A DNA stretch of 63,842 nt, counting the filler, from Lama guanicoe (lineage: Eukaryota): assembly GCA_013239625.1 (NCBI GenBank). It is 203 parts of 203 records of this genome, joined end to end, with 100 filler letters (N's around TTAATTAATTAA, not from the genome) between each part and the next. Parts side by side here need not be neighbours in the genome. Positions count along the whole stretch, not along the records: positions 11,655 to 11,869 come from PNXV01038109.1; positions 11,970 to 12,184 come from PNXV01038110.1; positions 12,285 to 12,499 come from PNXV01038111.1; positions 12,600 to 12,814 come from PNXV01038112.1; positions 12,915 to 13,129 come from PNXV01038113.1; positions 13,230 to 13,444 come from PNXV01038114.1; positions 13,545 to 13,759 come from PNXV01038115.1; positions 13,860 to 14,074 come from PNXV01038116.1; 195 more parts are not named here. The stretch is one strand, 5' to 3'. Shown piece by piece: positions 11,869-25,413 of this stretch. The notes beneath the pieces were generated by a model. That model was not told the DNA's origin. It saw nothing but the letters and a program-made list of their open reading frames with translations, and did no database searches. Within the stretch, counting starts at the first letter, position 1; each line of letters opens with the position of its first letter. A program made the position numbers and the translations under genes.

Positions 11869-12914
11869 CNNNNNNNNNNNNNNNNNNNNNNNNNNNNNNN
11901 NNNNNNNNNNNNNTTAATTAATTAANNNNNNNNNNNNNNNNNNNNNNNNNNNNNNNNNNNNNNNNNNNNATAAGTAAGGCACAGTCATCCCATGAAAATA
12001 CCTTCAGACTGCAGGTGCAGAGTCACTAGATTTCAGGGGGAGCTTCAGAGTGGGAGGGGGAAACTGAGAGCACTTCGTGTATTGTCACCACTGTTTCCAC
12101 GGCCATGGTGTGGGACGGCTGTGGAAGTCAAAGCAAATGGGCCCCTCCTCTGTGATGGCACAGTGGATGAAAAAGCCATTTCTGNNNNNNNNNNNNNNNN
12201 NNNNNNNNNNNNNNNNNNNNNNNNNNNNTTAATTAATTAANNNNNNNNNNNNNNNNNNNNNNNNNNNNNNNNNNNNNNNNNNNNTTCCCACAATTTAAGA
12301 GAATAATACAACCAGGAGATACTCTGAAACAACCCTTGCTCCCCTTAAAGGAATCACGTTAAGTCACTGGCCCTGATGGGAGGTTCAGGGTCTGCCCTGC
12401 CGCTCCTGGACCATGCGTCTCTGACATGGGACCCGGGGGGGCCCTCACCCGTAGAAGGTGTAACTGTGAGACGGGAACAGTGTCCGCTCACAACGGCCGN
12501 NNNNNNNNNNNNNNNNNNNNNNNNNNNNNNNNNNNNNNNNNNNTTAATTAATTAANNNNNNNNNNNNNNNNNNNNNNNNNNNNNNNNNNNNNNNNNNNNA
12601 TACATACCATTCTCAAAAATGGCATTTGTTGTTTTAACTTTCAGAATTTAGCTTTTGAAGAAAACAAACGTAAAATCTGTATGAGCAAAATTAGTATTTT
12701 ACGGATAAATTCAAGAAAAACGTATTAGATTGATCACCGTCTCTCCCATAAATACGTGTAACCCTTGGAGGACACGGAGTTGAGCTGATATTAACAGTTT
12801 CAAAACTTAAGTGANNNNNNNNNNNNNNNNNNNNNNNNNNNNNNNNNNNNNNNNNNNNTTAATTAATTAANNNNNNNNNNNNNNNNNNNNNNNNNNNNNN
12901 NNNNNNNNNNNNNN

Positions 12915-13129
12915 CAGGATATAAAATTAATATACAGAAATCTGTTTCTATACTTGCAATGAACTATCTAGAAGGACAAAGCAAGAAAATAATCCCATTT
13001 ACAATTGCATCAAAAAGAATAAAATACTTAGTAATTACTCTAAACAAGAAGATAAAACACCTACACTTGGAAAACTATATGATGTTGATGAAAGATCACC
13101 ATCCTAAATGGATGACACAAACAAATGGA
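12915..13129 (+). mobile_element. LINE-1 ORF2 (RT C-terminal region) fragment, decayed
   Basis: GYKINIQKSV...IIPFTIASKRIKYL...ENY with frameshift. Confidence 0.92.
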
Positions 13130-15774
13130 NNNNNNNNNNNNNNNNNNNNNNNNNNNNNNNNNNNNNNNNNNNNTTAATTAATTAANNNNNNNNNNNNNNN
13201 NNNNNNNNNNNNNNNNNNNNNNNNNNNNNCAGGGCACACTAGCCATGTTGCTTTGCTTTCTTTGCAATTTATGGGGGACGGAGGTTGTTCGCACCGTATC
13301 CCCTCCCAGCCACGGCACTCAGCACCCTGCAGTCCCCTGGGGCCGCCTCAGTGCAGCCGTCCGCATCCTCCGCCCGGCTCGGGCCGCCTGCCCCGGTCCC
13401 AGCTGCCTGCTCGTGTCTCAGGCTGGGTGTCGCGGGGACCCTTTNNNNNNNNNNNNNNNNNNNNNNNNNNNNNNNNNNNNNNNNNNNNTTAATTAATTAA
13501 NNNNNNNNNNNNNNNNNNNNNNNNNNNNNNNNNNNNNNNNNNNNTGCAAGGCCCCACGGCTGCAGCAGGAGCCTGCTTTGGAAGGGCAGCCCCGGGGTCT
13601 CCTCCATCAGTCCAGCTGGAGTCCAGGCGCCTTGAATTGTATATCTTTTCTCTCATTGGACTGGCAAGATCTTTCGGGGTTGGGGCGGTGCCATTTACTT
13701 CTCTGTGGTCTATTCAGAGGCTGTGTGGTCACATCATGATCACATCACGATGTAACGATNNNNNNNNNNNNNNNNNNNNNNNNNNNNNNNNNNNNNNNNN
13801 NNNTTAATTAATTAANNNNNNNNNNNNNNNNNNNNNNNNNNNNNNNNNNNNNNNNNNNNGATCCTAGGTACCCAGGCATGGTTTAGAAGACCAAGGGAAG
13901 GGTTCTGGGTGGTCCTTGACACTTTAAATCATGGAGAAGGGCCTGAGTGTGAGGGAGGTGCTGGTGTTAATACGGATAAATCTCACAAGAATTACTGAAC
14001 ATAAAAGGCAGAACTATATGTACCATATGATAACTTTACGTGAAGTTCAAAAACAGGCAAAATGATACTATCAANNNNNNNNNNNNNNNNNNNNNNNNNN
14101 NNNNNNNNNNNNNNNNNNTTAATTAATTAANNNNNNNNNNNNNNNNNNNNNNNNNNNNNNNNNNNNNNNNNNNNCAGTGTTCGGGACACGGAATGTCACG
14201 TTGAGGGAAACTATGTAAATTACATGTCTGCTGGGTTGAAATCTCTCAAAGAGGATTTTTCTATCAAAAATGTCCAATTATCGAAAGTGGCGTTCGGGAA
14301 AACCTGCCAAATAAGATTAAATATTTCTAAGTTTACATATGATTTGTATGGATGATGAAAGATCGCAAATCCACATGCTGACAACTCAGNNNNNNNNNNN
14401 NNNNNNNNNNNNNNNNNNNNNNNNNNNNNNNNNTTAATTAATTAANNNNNNNNNNNNNNNNNNNNNNNNNNNNNNNNNNNNNNNNNNNNTTTATTTGTCT
14501 TTTTTTTTTTTTTAATTCCACATATAAGTGACATTATATGGCATTTTTCTTTCTCTTTCTGGCTGACTTCACTAAGAATGACTCGTCCGAGAATAATCCT
14601 ATTGCTCCCAGTTTAATGGGGGTTTTTAGCATCAATTCAAAGAGGGAACTTTGCCTTTAGAATCCTCCTGTGACTCCCTTAGCTGTAACTTCTCATTCCT
14701 TCTTNNNNNNNNNNNNNNNNNNNNNNNNNNNNNNNNNNNNNNNNNNNNTTAATTAATTAANNNNNNNNNNNNNNNNNNNNNNNNNNNNNNNNNNNNNNNN
14801 NNNNATTTAAACCTATATGATGAACATAACCTTCCTTTCCTTTGGTGTTAGAGGAAGATGGTATTTCAGGTGATGTCTTGGGCCGTCTCAGGGAACTACT
14901 CAATTTCCTGGGCATCTCCCATGCTGAAAGCAGGCACACAAGTTCTTGAACTCGTTTGTACAATTATGTGAAGGTAGTTAATACCACAGAAATGTGTACT
15001 TGAAATGATTTCAATTAAANNNNNNNNNNNNNNNNNNNNNNNNNNNNNNNNNNNNNNNNNNNNTTAATTAATTAANNNNNNNNNNNNNNNNNNNNNNNNN
15101 NNNNNNNNNNNNNNNNNNNGAACAAACTTAATATTGTAAATTGACTATACTTCAATTTTAAGAAAATATTTAGAAAACTAGGAAATAAAACTCAACTTAA
15201 TAGAAGACATCTACCAAAAAAATACAACGTCATATTTAATAATGAAATGCCGAATGCTTCCCCTAAGATCAAGAGCAACACAAGTATGGCCACTGTAACT
15301 ATTTCTATTCAACACTGTACTGAAGATTATAGTCNNNNNNNNNNNNNNNNNNNNNNNNNNNNNNNNNNNNNNNNNNNNTTAATTAATTAANNNNNNNNNN
15401 NNNNNNNNNNNNNNNNNNNNNNNNNNNNNNNNNNCAGGCACCTTGCTAGGTTCTGGGGATACAGCCATTAATAGGACAGACAATCCCTCAGTGCCTTCAG
15501 AGTCATTGCATCCCAGGTCCCAGAGAAAAGGTCTGGGGAGTAGGATTGCCTGTCACACAGGAAAGCTGGATCCGCTAAGCCTTGGATACTGTCTTTCTTA
15601 TTCATTCAGCAGATGTTTATAAGTCTGTATGTTTCTCTTTTTATAGGTGNNNNNNNNNNNNNNNNNNNNNNNNNNNNNNNNNNNNNNNNNNNNTTAATTA
15701 ATTAANNNNNNNNNNNNNNNNNNNNNNNNNNNNNNNNNNNNNNNNNNNNCTTTGCCTCATATCTCTTTCTTAAC

Positions 15775-15875
15775 ATTTATTTTTATTTATTTTTTAAACG
15801 GAGATACTGGGAATTGAACCCGGGACCACATGTATGCTAAGCATGGGCTCTATCACGGAGCTATACTCACCCACC
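15775..15875 (-). mobile_element. tRNA-derived SINE of camelid Vic-1 type with A-rich tail
   Basis: Reverse complement: gggtgagtatagctccgtgatagagcccatgcttagcatacatgtggtcccgggttcaattcccagtatctccgtttaaaaaataaataaaa; Pol III A box and B box (ggttcaattcc) present. Confidence 0.88.
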
Positions 15876-16177
15876 CTGCCTTCGATTTCCAATTATTATC
15901 TTAACTGATTGGAGCACAGTTGTCCTTTAGGCAAGGAGGTGACTTCTGCTCTGTCCCACACTCANNNNNNNNNNNNNNNNNNNNNNNNNNNNNNNNNNNN
16001 NNNNNNNNTTAATTAATTAANNNNNNNNNNNNNNNNNNNNNNNNNNNNNNNNNNNNNNNNNNNNAAAAAAAAACCTCTTTAAACAAGGCTATGCCATTTC
16101 CAATCAACAATAGCACTCATTCACTCTATGCTAGATCCAGTACATTGTATACACGACATGCATCCTCTGGTTCACTC

Positions 16178-16279
16178 TTTTTTTTATTGAGGTACAGTCG
16201 GTTTACAGTGCTGTGTCTACTTCTGGTGCCCAGCACGGTGCTTCAGTCATACATGAACATACATATATTCATTTTCATA
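16178..16279 (-). mobile_element. LINE-1 extreme 3' end, camelid type
   Basis: T-run + attgaggtacagtcggtttacagtg...ttctggtgcccagcac; antisense counterpart of 29924-29985. Confidence 0.8.
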
Positions 16280-19200
16280 NNNNNNNNNNNNNNNNNNNNN
16301 NNNNNNNNNNNNNNNNNNNNNNNTTAATTAATTAANNNNNNNNNNNNNNNNNNNNNNNNNNNNNNNNNNNNNNNNNNNNTTGGAAGTGTCAGCTAGGCAG
16401 TTGGATATTTGGAACTGGAGTGCAGATAAATGTGTCAATTTGTTTAAAAAAAAATCAGGTTAAAACGACATTCAAAATGTCTAATTTTAGTGGAAATAAT
16501 TACATTGTAAATGGTTTAAGGGACAGTCTGAAGCAGTTATCTCAGGGAGGCGCCCGTGAGTGGCTGGGGGTTTTGTTGCTGTCTGGGGTTTTGANNNNNN
16601 NNNNNNNNNNNNNNNNNNNNNNNNNNNNNNNNNNNNNNTTAATTAATTAANNNNNNNNNNNNNNNNNNNNNNNNNNNNNNNNNNNNNNNNNNNNGAGATT
16701 CATATGGTTGTAAGACAAAATTCCACTTAAGGAGAAAAGTATTTATTTCAATGTGATTGTTAAATATGTAAACAGTAATTTTCAAAGAAACATCAAAAAC
16801 TATTTATACAAAGGCATACTAAAAAACACACTTAGTCAATAAAGTTGAATAATAAAAGTCTTCAGATAACTCAAATGAAGGCAGGATTTGGGGAAACAAA
16901 GGAAAAACANNNNNNNNNNNNNNNNNNNNNNNNNNNNNNNNNNNNNNNNNNNNTTAATTAATTAANNNNNNNNNNNNNNNNNNNNNNNNNNNNNNNNNNN
17001 NNNNNNNNNAATAGTCCAGGAGGCAGGTAAGGGTAGTATCTTTACTTCTGGACAAAGACACAAAACAAAAAAGAAAACATTAAACGACTTGACTAGGGTC
17101 CCCCAAATGGGACTAAAATCCGGTTCAACAACGCCCCGTCTGAAGCTCACTGGTAGTTTCAACAAATATAAATAAACGGTTCTGCACCCAAAGAGCGTAA
17201 ATGAAACATGAGACCCCTTGGCAGNNNNNNNNNNNNNNNNNNNNNNNNNNNNNNNNNNNNNNNNNNNNTTAATTAATTAANNNNNNNNNNNNNNNNNNNN
17301 NNNNNNNNNNNNNNNNNNNNNNNNAGCAGGTGGTTTGGGAAGGCCTCAAAGGAAACTGAGGACCTGAAGGATGCGGAGATGAAGCCATGTAAATGTCTGT
17401 AAGATATCATTTTAGGGCAGATTGAATCATGAGTACAAAGGCCTGGAGGCAGGGGTTTGCTTCATTTTATGAAGGAGTTGAGTGAGGACGTAAAAGAATG
17501 GGCTACAGGGAATATAAGAGAAAACATTCATATAAGCAGNNNNNNNNNNNNNNNNNNNNNNNNNNNNNNNNNNNNNNNNNNNNTTAATTAATTAANNNNN
17601 NNNNNNNNNNNNNNNNNNNNNNNNNNNNNNNNNNNNNNNTCTCTCTTCCCGGGACACACTGTCTCCAGCTGTCTGCAGGGCTCACTCCTTCACCTCTCCA
17701 GGCCGCCTGACCTGTGAGCCTTCCCGTGTCACCTGTCTAGCACCCCCCAGCCCTGTTCCTTTGCTGCACTCCCTCTCTCTTCTTCAGAATGGCCCTTATC
17801 ACTACCTGGTTCCATCCTGCATAGCTGTGTGTTTGGTGATCTGTCATCCGCCTCNNNNNNNNNNNNNNNNNNNNNNNNNNNNNNNNNNNNNNNNNNNNTT
17901 AATTAATTAANNNNNNNNNNNNNNNNNNNNNNNNNNNNNNNNNNNNNNNNNNNNCTCTGCAGTTCTGAGCACACTTGTGGGGATGCAGACTGGCGTGGCT
18001 GACACACTGCTGAGAAGCCCTGCTTGCTGGCCCCGAGCAAGACCAGTAAGGCCCGCCTGGAAAACTCACGGCTCCCAAGGAGGTGCCCTAAGTCGCTGCC
18101 TGATTTAGGAAGCCGAGTGTCCCTGGCGGGGACCGTAAAAAGTCCTGGTTCTCCACACAGATGAGTGGANNNNNNNNNNNNNNNNNNNNNNNNNNNNNNN
18201 NNNNNNNNNNNNNTTAATTAATTAANNNNNNNNNNNNNNNNNNNNNNNNNNNNNNNNNNNNNNNNNNNNACAACACAGTGGTCTTGCTGATGCCCAGAGA
18301 TGAGAGCTCAGGGAGGCCGTGTGGCTAGAATTTGCAGGACAGGGACCCAGAAGAGGAGAGCGCCTCTCAGGCAAAGGGCTCCAATAATCTACACGGGCTT
18401 CCCTTAAGCTTTAAGCTGGGGCAACTGCCATTTCACAGGCAATTATCAAAGAAAGAACAACAGGGAGCTCTGGCCTGAACAACTNNNNNNNNNNNNNNNN
18501 NNNNNNNNNNNNNNNNNNNNNNNNNNNNTTAATTAATTAANNNNNNNNNNNNNNNNNNNNNNNNNNNNNNNNNNNNNNNNNNNNTTGAATATACGTATGG
18601 CTCTGATTCACAGTTTATAAAATCTCTGCTTCAGTTTATGTCCCTAAAAAGTTATTCAGTTGTTTTCTAGCTTTGGAGTCAAAACTAACGCTGGAAATCT
18701 GATTTTCTTTTCCGTTATGAGTATCTAATTGATTGAATGTTTAAGGATTTTTTTTCCCTTTAAAATACAATTGTTTTATTAAAATGTTTAGTTTTGAACN
18801 NNNNNNNNNNNNNNNNNNNNNNNNNNNNNNNNNNNNNNNNNNNTTAATTAATTAANNNNNNNNNNNNNNNNNNNNNNNNNNNNNNNNNNNNNNNNNNNNT
18901 TTAGGTTTGGGGTGGAAGAGCATACACCCTTTACTCAGCCCCCCCTAATGTCACATATACAGAGTTTTAGATACTGTTGAACATTCTAGAGAGTTTATAG
19001 AAGTTTTTTCTATCTATAACTGAATCTTCCTCGAATTCTGCAGGATGTTTTTGGTGTTTTGGTTTGATAAATCGTGGCCTCTGTTCTTTTCCCTTCCTAG
19101 GTTACTACAACAATNNNNNNNNNNNNNNNNNNNNNNNNNNNNNNNNNNNNNNNNNNNNTTAATTAATTAANNNNNNNNNNNNNNNNNNNNNNNNNNNNNN

Positions 19201-20159
19201 NNNNNNNNNNNNNNGATTGGAACAAAATTTAGGTTTGCACACAAAGCCAAATGAGCCTGCTCAGGACGGTTACAAATGATTTCAGATTATTTTTAAAAGA
19301 AATTCAGGTTTTCCTCCAGATGTTGATTTCACCCAGGTAGCTTTGAACTCCGTTTATTAATGGGCTAACCTGGGACCTTCCCCTTCTAGTAAAATGGACA
19401 AGGATGGCATGAGAAATTATGTCCATTCCNNNNNNNNNNNNNNNNNNNNNNNNNNNNNNNNNNNNNNNNNNNNTTAATTAATTAANNNNNNNNNNNNNNN
19501 NNNNNNNNNNNNNNNNNNNNNNNNNNNNNACTGTTGGTGGTGCTTTTCCGGCTGCTCTCTGACTTGAACGTCCAACCCCGTGCCCAGGACGCATCCTCTG
19601 AGTAAGCGCGGGGCTCGTCCAACCTGCCTTTCCTCCGAGCAAGCTTCCTCCAGGGCCGGCACCAGGCCACCTTGCTGCAAACCATTGGCCACGGATGGGG
19701 GAGGATTGGTCACCGCACCCAGGGGAGAACATCATTAAGACACANNNNNNNNNNNNNNNNNNNNNNNNNNNNNNNNNNNNNNNNNNNNTTAATTAATTAA
19801 NNNNNNNNNNNNNNNNNNNNNNNNNNNNNNNNNNNNNNNNNNNNCAAGCCGACGCTCCACCCTCACAAAGCCAGGTCATGCTATTAACAGTTCAATTAAT
19901 TTGTTCAACAACTAAGTTCTTCTTCAATACAAGAATGGCCACACGATTATCTGCCTGATAATATACATGAAGAAAATCAACAGGACTTGTTCTTGGCCAC
20001 CTACCTCATTCCAGGCCCAATTTCTCTATCACCTAATGTGGTGCTCTCCACGTCCTTTANNNNNNNNNNNNNNNNNNNNNNNNNNNNNNNNNNNNNNNNN
20101 NNNTTAATTAATTAANNNNNNNNNNNNNNNNNNNNNNNNNNNNNNNNNNNNNNNNNNNN

Positions 20160-20374
20160 TTTTGTTTTTAGTCTCTATTTCATTTATTTCTGCTTGGATA
20201 TTTTTTTTCCTGGACTGATTTTAAGTTTGTTCTTTTTCTAGTTCCTTTAGATGTAAGGGTAAATTTTTTGAAATTTTTTCTTGTTTCCTGATGTACGCTT
20301 GTATTGCTATTAACATTCTTCTTGAAACACTTTTGCTGTGTCTCATAGGCTTTTGGATCTTTGTGTTTCCTTTT
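20160..20374 (-). mobile_element. LINE-1 ORF2 fragment (after endonuclease domain)
   Basis: T-rich antisense L1: ctctatttcatttatttctgc...ttgctattaac...cttttgctgtgtctcatagg.ttttgg. Confidence 0.85.
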
Positions 20375-21563
20375 NNNNNNNNNNNNNNNNNNNNNNNNNN
20401 NNNNNNNNNNNNNNNNNNTTAATTAATTAANNNNNNNNNNNNNNNNNNNNNNNNNNNNNNNNNNNNNNNNNNNNTATAATGTATATGTGCAGTCAAACAG
20501 TAATAATCTACCTAATAAAAGTGAAAAATAAGAAAAACCAATAAATAAATCAAATTAAATATTTTTTAGAATCGACCCTTCTCCAGACAAGACAAATTGT
20601 CAACAAGCACACGAAAAAATGTTTAAAATCAGTCGTGATTGAAATGTAAATTAATACCATAATGCCATACCCTTTCAAGCACACTAGAANNNNNNNNNNN
20701 NNNNNNNNNNNNNNNNNNNNNNNNNNNNNNNNNTTAATTAATTAANNNNNNNNNNNNNNNNNNNNNNNNNNNNNNNNNNNNNNNNNNNNGCACTTCTTCT
20801 TTGGGATAAAGGTCTGTTGCATGCCCCTAGTTTAATAGGGGTGTTTGTTGGTTTGCATTTGAATTGAAGGTCAGTTGATTAGAAATGTATCGGTTTCCAG
20901 TGCACAGCACACATGGTCTTGGGGTCATTACACTTCATGAAATAAGTCAGACAGAGAAAGAACAATCCTCTAAGATATTAATTCCACGTGAAATCTTTAA
21001 AAAANNNNNNNNNNNNNNNNNNNNNNNNNNNNNNNNNNNNNNNNNNNNTTAATTAATTAANNNNNNNNNNNNNNNNNNNNNNNNNNNNNNNNNNNNNNNN
21101 NNNNATGTAGCTAAATTTTGGTGGCCTCATAAGTGTAAACAAGGAATTGAGCACGTAAACAGCATCTCCTCTCAACAGACGGCTGAATGAGAGACTGCAG
21201 AACATTCGATGGCACAGAAAGATGTTCATAATGTGCTATTAATTTTTAAAAAGTTCTTAAACATTATATACAGTATATTTCATTTTCATTTCATTTTATG
21301 TGCACATATTTACATGAAGNNNNNNNNNNNNNNNNNNNNNNNNNNNNNNNNNNNNNNNNNNNNTTAATTAATTAANNNNNNNNNNNNNNNNNNNNNNNNN
21401 NNNNNNNNNNNNNNNNNNNGTATATAAAGTAACATGTTGGGGAGAAGTTATCTACCAGATTATAGGACTACCTGTGTCTTTTACTCATCAAAATAATATC
21501 ACTAAATTTTATTCTTACTTTTTATGTTCCTCCTTCCTGCATAATTTTAGTGACACAGTATCC

Positions 21564-21633
21564 ACAAAGAAGAGGGGAAATACATAAGGGATAGACTGGG
21601 ATTTCAAAATTGTAGAATAGATAAACAAGATTA
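21564..21633 (+). mobile_element. LINE-1 3' UTR fragment, camelid type
   Basis: gggatagactgggatttcaaaattgtagaatagataaacaagatta, recognised from memory of camelid L1. Confidence 0.65.
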
Positions 21634-22048
21634 NNNNNNNNNNNNNNNNNNNNNNNNNNNNNNNNNNNNNNNNNNNNTTAATTAATTAANNNNNNNNNNN
21701 NNNNNNNNNNNNNNNNNNNNNNNNNNNNNNNNNTACATGTCATTTAAGAGTAAGAAATAACTCAAAATATCACATGAAGATGTTACAAAAGCAAGTAGAT
21801 CCCTTCAGATCAAATGTAGATCTAGATGAAACTCTTACCCCTGTATAACTCAGCATTTCAGTCTCAATAAATTAAAATCAGAATTTATTCTACAAATGGT
21901 TATTAAGGTAGGTTAGGACATAAGAAAAGGATGAGGAATCGAAATGCGNNNNNNNNNNNNNNNNNNNNNNNNNNNNNNNNNNNNNNNNNNNNTTAATTAA
22001 TTAANNNNNNNNNNNNNNNNNNNNNNNNNNNNNNNNNNNNNNNNNNNN

Positions 22049-22263
22049 TAGAATGGCAGTTGCCAGGGGCTATGGGGAGGGTGGGATGGGGAGATGATGG
22101 TCAAAATTACAAAGTTTCAGTTATGCAAGATAAATATATTCTAGAGATCTACTACACAGCATGGTCTCTACACAGCTAACAATGATACATTGTATATTTA
22201 AAATTTATTAGGGAGTGGATCTTAAATGTTCTTACCACACACAAAAATAATGATAATAAAAAT
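22049..22263 (+). mobile_element. LINE-1 (L1MA-like) 3' UTR
   Basis: tagaatgg..gttgccaggggct.ggggag...ggtcaaa..tacaaagtttcagttatgcaagat...gatcttaaatgttcttaccacacacaaaa. Confidence 0.92.
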
Positions 22264-25198
22264 NNNNNNNNNNNNNNNNNNNNNNNNNNNNNNNNNNNNN
22301 NNNNNNNTTAATTAATTAANNNNNNNNNNNNNNNNNNNNNNNNNNNNNNNNNNNNNNNNNNNNGAAGTGTCGCCCAGGAGAGCGGGCAGTGGGGTCTCGC
22401 GTCCGAGGAGCGCCCCCCCTGCCAGGCAAGTCCTGAGCCGAGGCCGCCCTCCTAGGGAGCCGCCCAGCGTGGCCCCTGTGGCTGAGGGCCATCCGGAGGG
22501 AGGGCAGAGTCTCCCCTACAAGGGGGCCGTCGGGCACTGCGCGTGCGGCCTGCCCGCCTCTGTCCTGCCCATCTTGGGNNNNNNNNNNNNNNNNNNNNNN
22601 NNNNNNNNNNNNNNNNNNNNNNTTAATTAATTAANNNNNNNNNNNNNNNNNNNNNNNNNNNNNNNNNNNNNNNNNNNNCTGTTGAGAGAACTTCGAGAAG
22701 TCACCTAGACTGTGACGCTCAGGTTCAGCTTTGTCTCCCATCCCAGGTGTCTGGCACAATATCTGGCCAACAGCAATATTTGGAAATATTTAATTAATTG
22801 AATTAAATTTTGAAAAGTTAATCCCAAACCTCACAGGAAACACTCTATACGACCAGCCCACATACAGAATGATCCAAAGTCTCTAATGGCAATNNNNNNN
22901 NNNNNNNNNNNNNNNNNNNNNNNNNNNNNNNNNNNNNTTAATTAATTAANNNNNNNNNNNNNNNNNNNNNNNNNNNNNNNNNNNNNNNNNNNNGTGGCCT
23001 CAGTCTGGGCCCTGCACTCCCGGCTCCTGCTGCTGGAATGGATTGAGCCTAACCATGCTTGGATGTTCACATCTGGAGGGGCAGAGTGTGGAAAACACTT
23101 GTACCATCTAGATGCATTCCTTAAACTTTCCTCATTCCCTGAAGATCCCAGGAAGAATGCAGACACCTGCAGGATGCTGGGACCTGCCTGTGTGCTGCTG
23201 GCTGAGAANNNNNNNNNNNNNNNNNNNNNNNNNNNNNNNNNNNNNNNNNNNNTTAATTAATTAANNNNNNNNNNNNNNNNNNNNNNNNNNNNNNNNNNNN
23301 NNNNNNNNTCATTCCAAGTCAAAGTTTCCAGCACTGACTTCCAGGGCTTGTGTGGGAGGACTCCGTGGGGTTGCGTTTGACTTTGATCTCTGGTGTTAGG
23401 ACGGTGTGTCCCAATGCTTATATCCCTTCTACACAGTTGCAAGCTTTTTGTATTTGTATCTGAATTTAATTGACTATCTTTTTGACTCCATGTGGTTATA
23501 GCAGATATGATTGTTTCTGGAGANNNNNNNNNNNNNNNNNNNNNNNNNNNNNNNNNNNNNNNNNNNNTTAATTAATTAANNNNNNNNNNNNNNNNNNNNN
23601 NNNNNNNNNNNNNNNNNNNNNNNTTTTTTTTAATGTTGTATTCAACTTATGAGACTTCCTATTTTTCTTTTTTGTCTTACTTGTGTGTGTGTGCGCCTTG
23701 TGTAGAAGGTCTTCTCTTTCCCCCCTCCTTATTTTGCCTTTTCTCCTAATGTATTTATAGCACCTAAAATGATTTCAGTCTTTAAGCATCTCTCATTTAA
23801 TTTTGTGACTGGTATGAGGTAGGGTTACAACTTTTTTTNNNNNNNNNNNNNNNNNNNNNNNNNNNNNNNNNNNNNNNNNNNNTTAATTAATTAANNNNNN
23901 NNNNNNNNNNNNNNNNNNNNNNNNNNNNNNNNNNNNNNTTATCTACCATTTCACAACTGGCTTCCCAAACACACAACTGGTAAATGGCAGAGTCAGAATT
24001 TCATGCCGAACATTCTAACCCATTTCCAACTCACCATGTTTCCCCTTTTGCTGGTTTCCTGCGTCAAGCAAAGGGTGGAGGCAGGGACACAAGAAAAAAC
24101 CCAAATGAAACGTAGTAACGAATACAAGAACAACAGCAACAAATCTGGCCTCGNNNNNNNNNNNNNNNNNNNNNNNNNNNNNNNNNNNNNNNNNNNNTTA
24201 ATTAATTAANNNNNNNNNNNNNNNNNNNNNNNNNNNNNNNNNNNNNNNNNNNNATCAAACGTTTGCAGGACAAGTAATAGATGAGTAGAGAGAAGACCCA
24301 CAGTGGCACAATGGAAAGCTCACACGTGGGAACAGTGAAGGGCTTTGACTCCATCCGGGGGTGTCCATTGGGGATGTGCCCCAGGAAGCTTGAAGGGTGA
24401 TGTGTCGTCACCCCGGAGAAAAAGAGAAAGGGCGTTTCTGAGCTTCAGGTGTCTGGGGCTGGTCTTTGNNNNNNNNNNNNNNNNNNNNNNNNNNNNNNNN
24501 NNNNNNNNNNNNTTAATTAATTAANNNNNNNNNNNNNNNNNNNNNNNNNNNNNNNNNNNNNNNNNNNNAAATGTCTTCTTTCAGATAATCTCAGGACACC
24601 GTCAGCTCAACAGTTACAGAACTACTGTAGTCACATCTTCAGGAATTGCTTGCTTTTTAAGGATGAAAGTGCTGGAGGCAAACACTGTTTAACAGGCAAG
24701 GTGAGAAGGATCTAGAAGAGAGAGCAGGAAGTAAGCATGGCTCAGAGTGTGAGCAAATACAAGGAGAGCTTCAGGAAGGTTCCNNNNNNNNNNNNNNNNN
24801 NNNNNNNNNNNNNNNNNNNNNNNNNNNTTAATTAATTAANNNNNNNNNNNNNNNNNNNNNNNNNNNNNNNNNNNNNNNNNNNNCCTGCAAGTTAAATGAA
24901 TTTTGACTTGCTTTTAGAGACAGGATAAGAGACACCACATAACTCAGAGAGAGTTAGTTACCTGCCCGGGACAGCATCAACCACCTGCGGAATTTGGTCA
25001 TCGCTGTTTCTGAGACATTCCTCCTTGAGGAACACGTTGACCTGCTGCTTATTCAGAATTCACCAACGGAAGCTGGGATGTCTCCGGCATAAACTGCCNN
25101 NNNNNNNNNNNNNNNNNNNNNNNNNNNNNNNNNNNNNNNNNNTTAATTAATTAANNNNNNNNNNNNNNNNNNNNNNNNNNNNNNNNNNNNNNNNNNNN

Positions 25199-25413
25199 TG
25201 AAATTAAAAAATACCTTGAGACAAATGAAAATGAAAAGAACCACACAAAATTTATGGGATGCAGCAAAGGCAGGGCTAAGAGGGGAGTTTATAGCGATAC
25301 ATGACTTCCTCAACAAAGAACAATTTCAGATAAACAATCTAACCCACTAACTAAAAGAATTAGGAAAAGAAGAGCAAAAAAACCCAAAAGGCAGCAGAAG
25401 GAAGGAAATAATA
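25199..25413 (+). mobile_element. LINE-1 ORF2 fragment, decayed
   Basis: EIKKYLETNENE...QNLWDAAKAGLRGEFIAI, with frameshift and in-frame stop. Confidence 0.94.

Noticed and set aside
15800..15872. tRNA gene
   Set aside because: Degenerate stems and an A-rich tail indicate a SINE.
20790..21004. Possible mitochondrial (NUMT) or snRNA-derived sequence
   Set aside because: It resolves into rearranged L1 fragments on both strands.
24962..25098. Possible minus-strand exon ending CAG|gtaact
   Set aside because: No frame is open across the contig and the peptides were not recognised.
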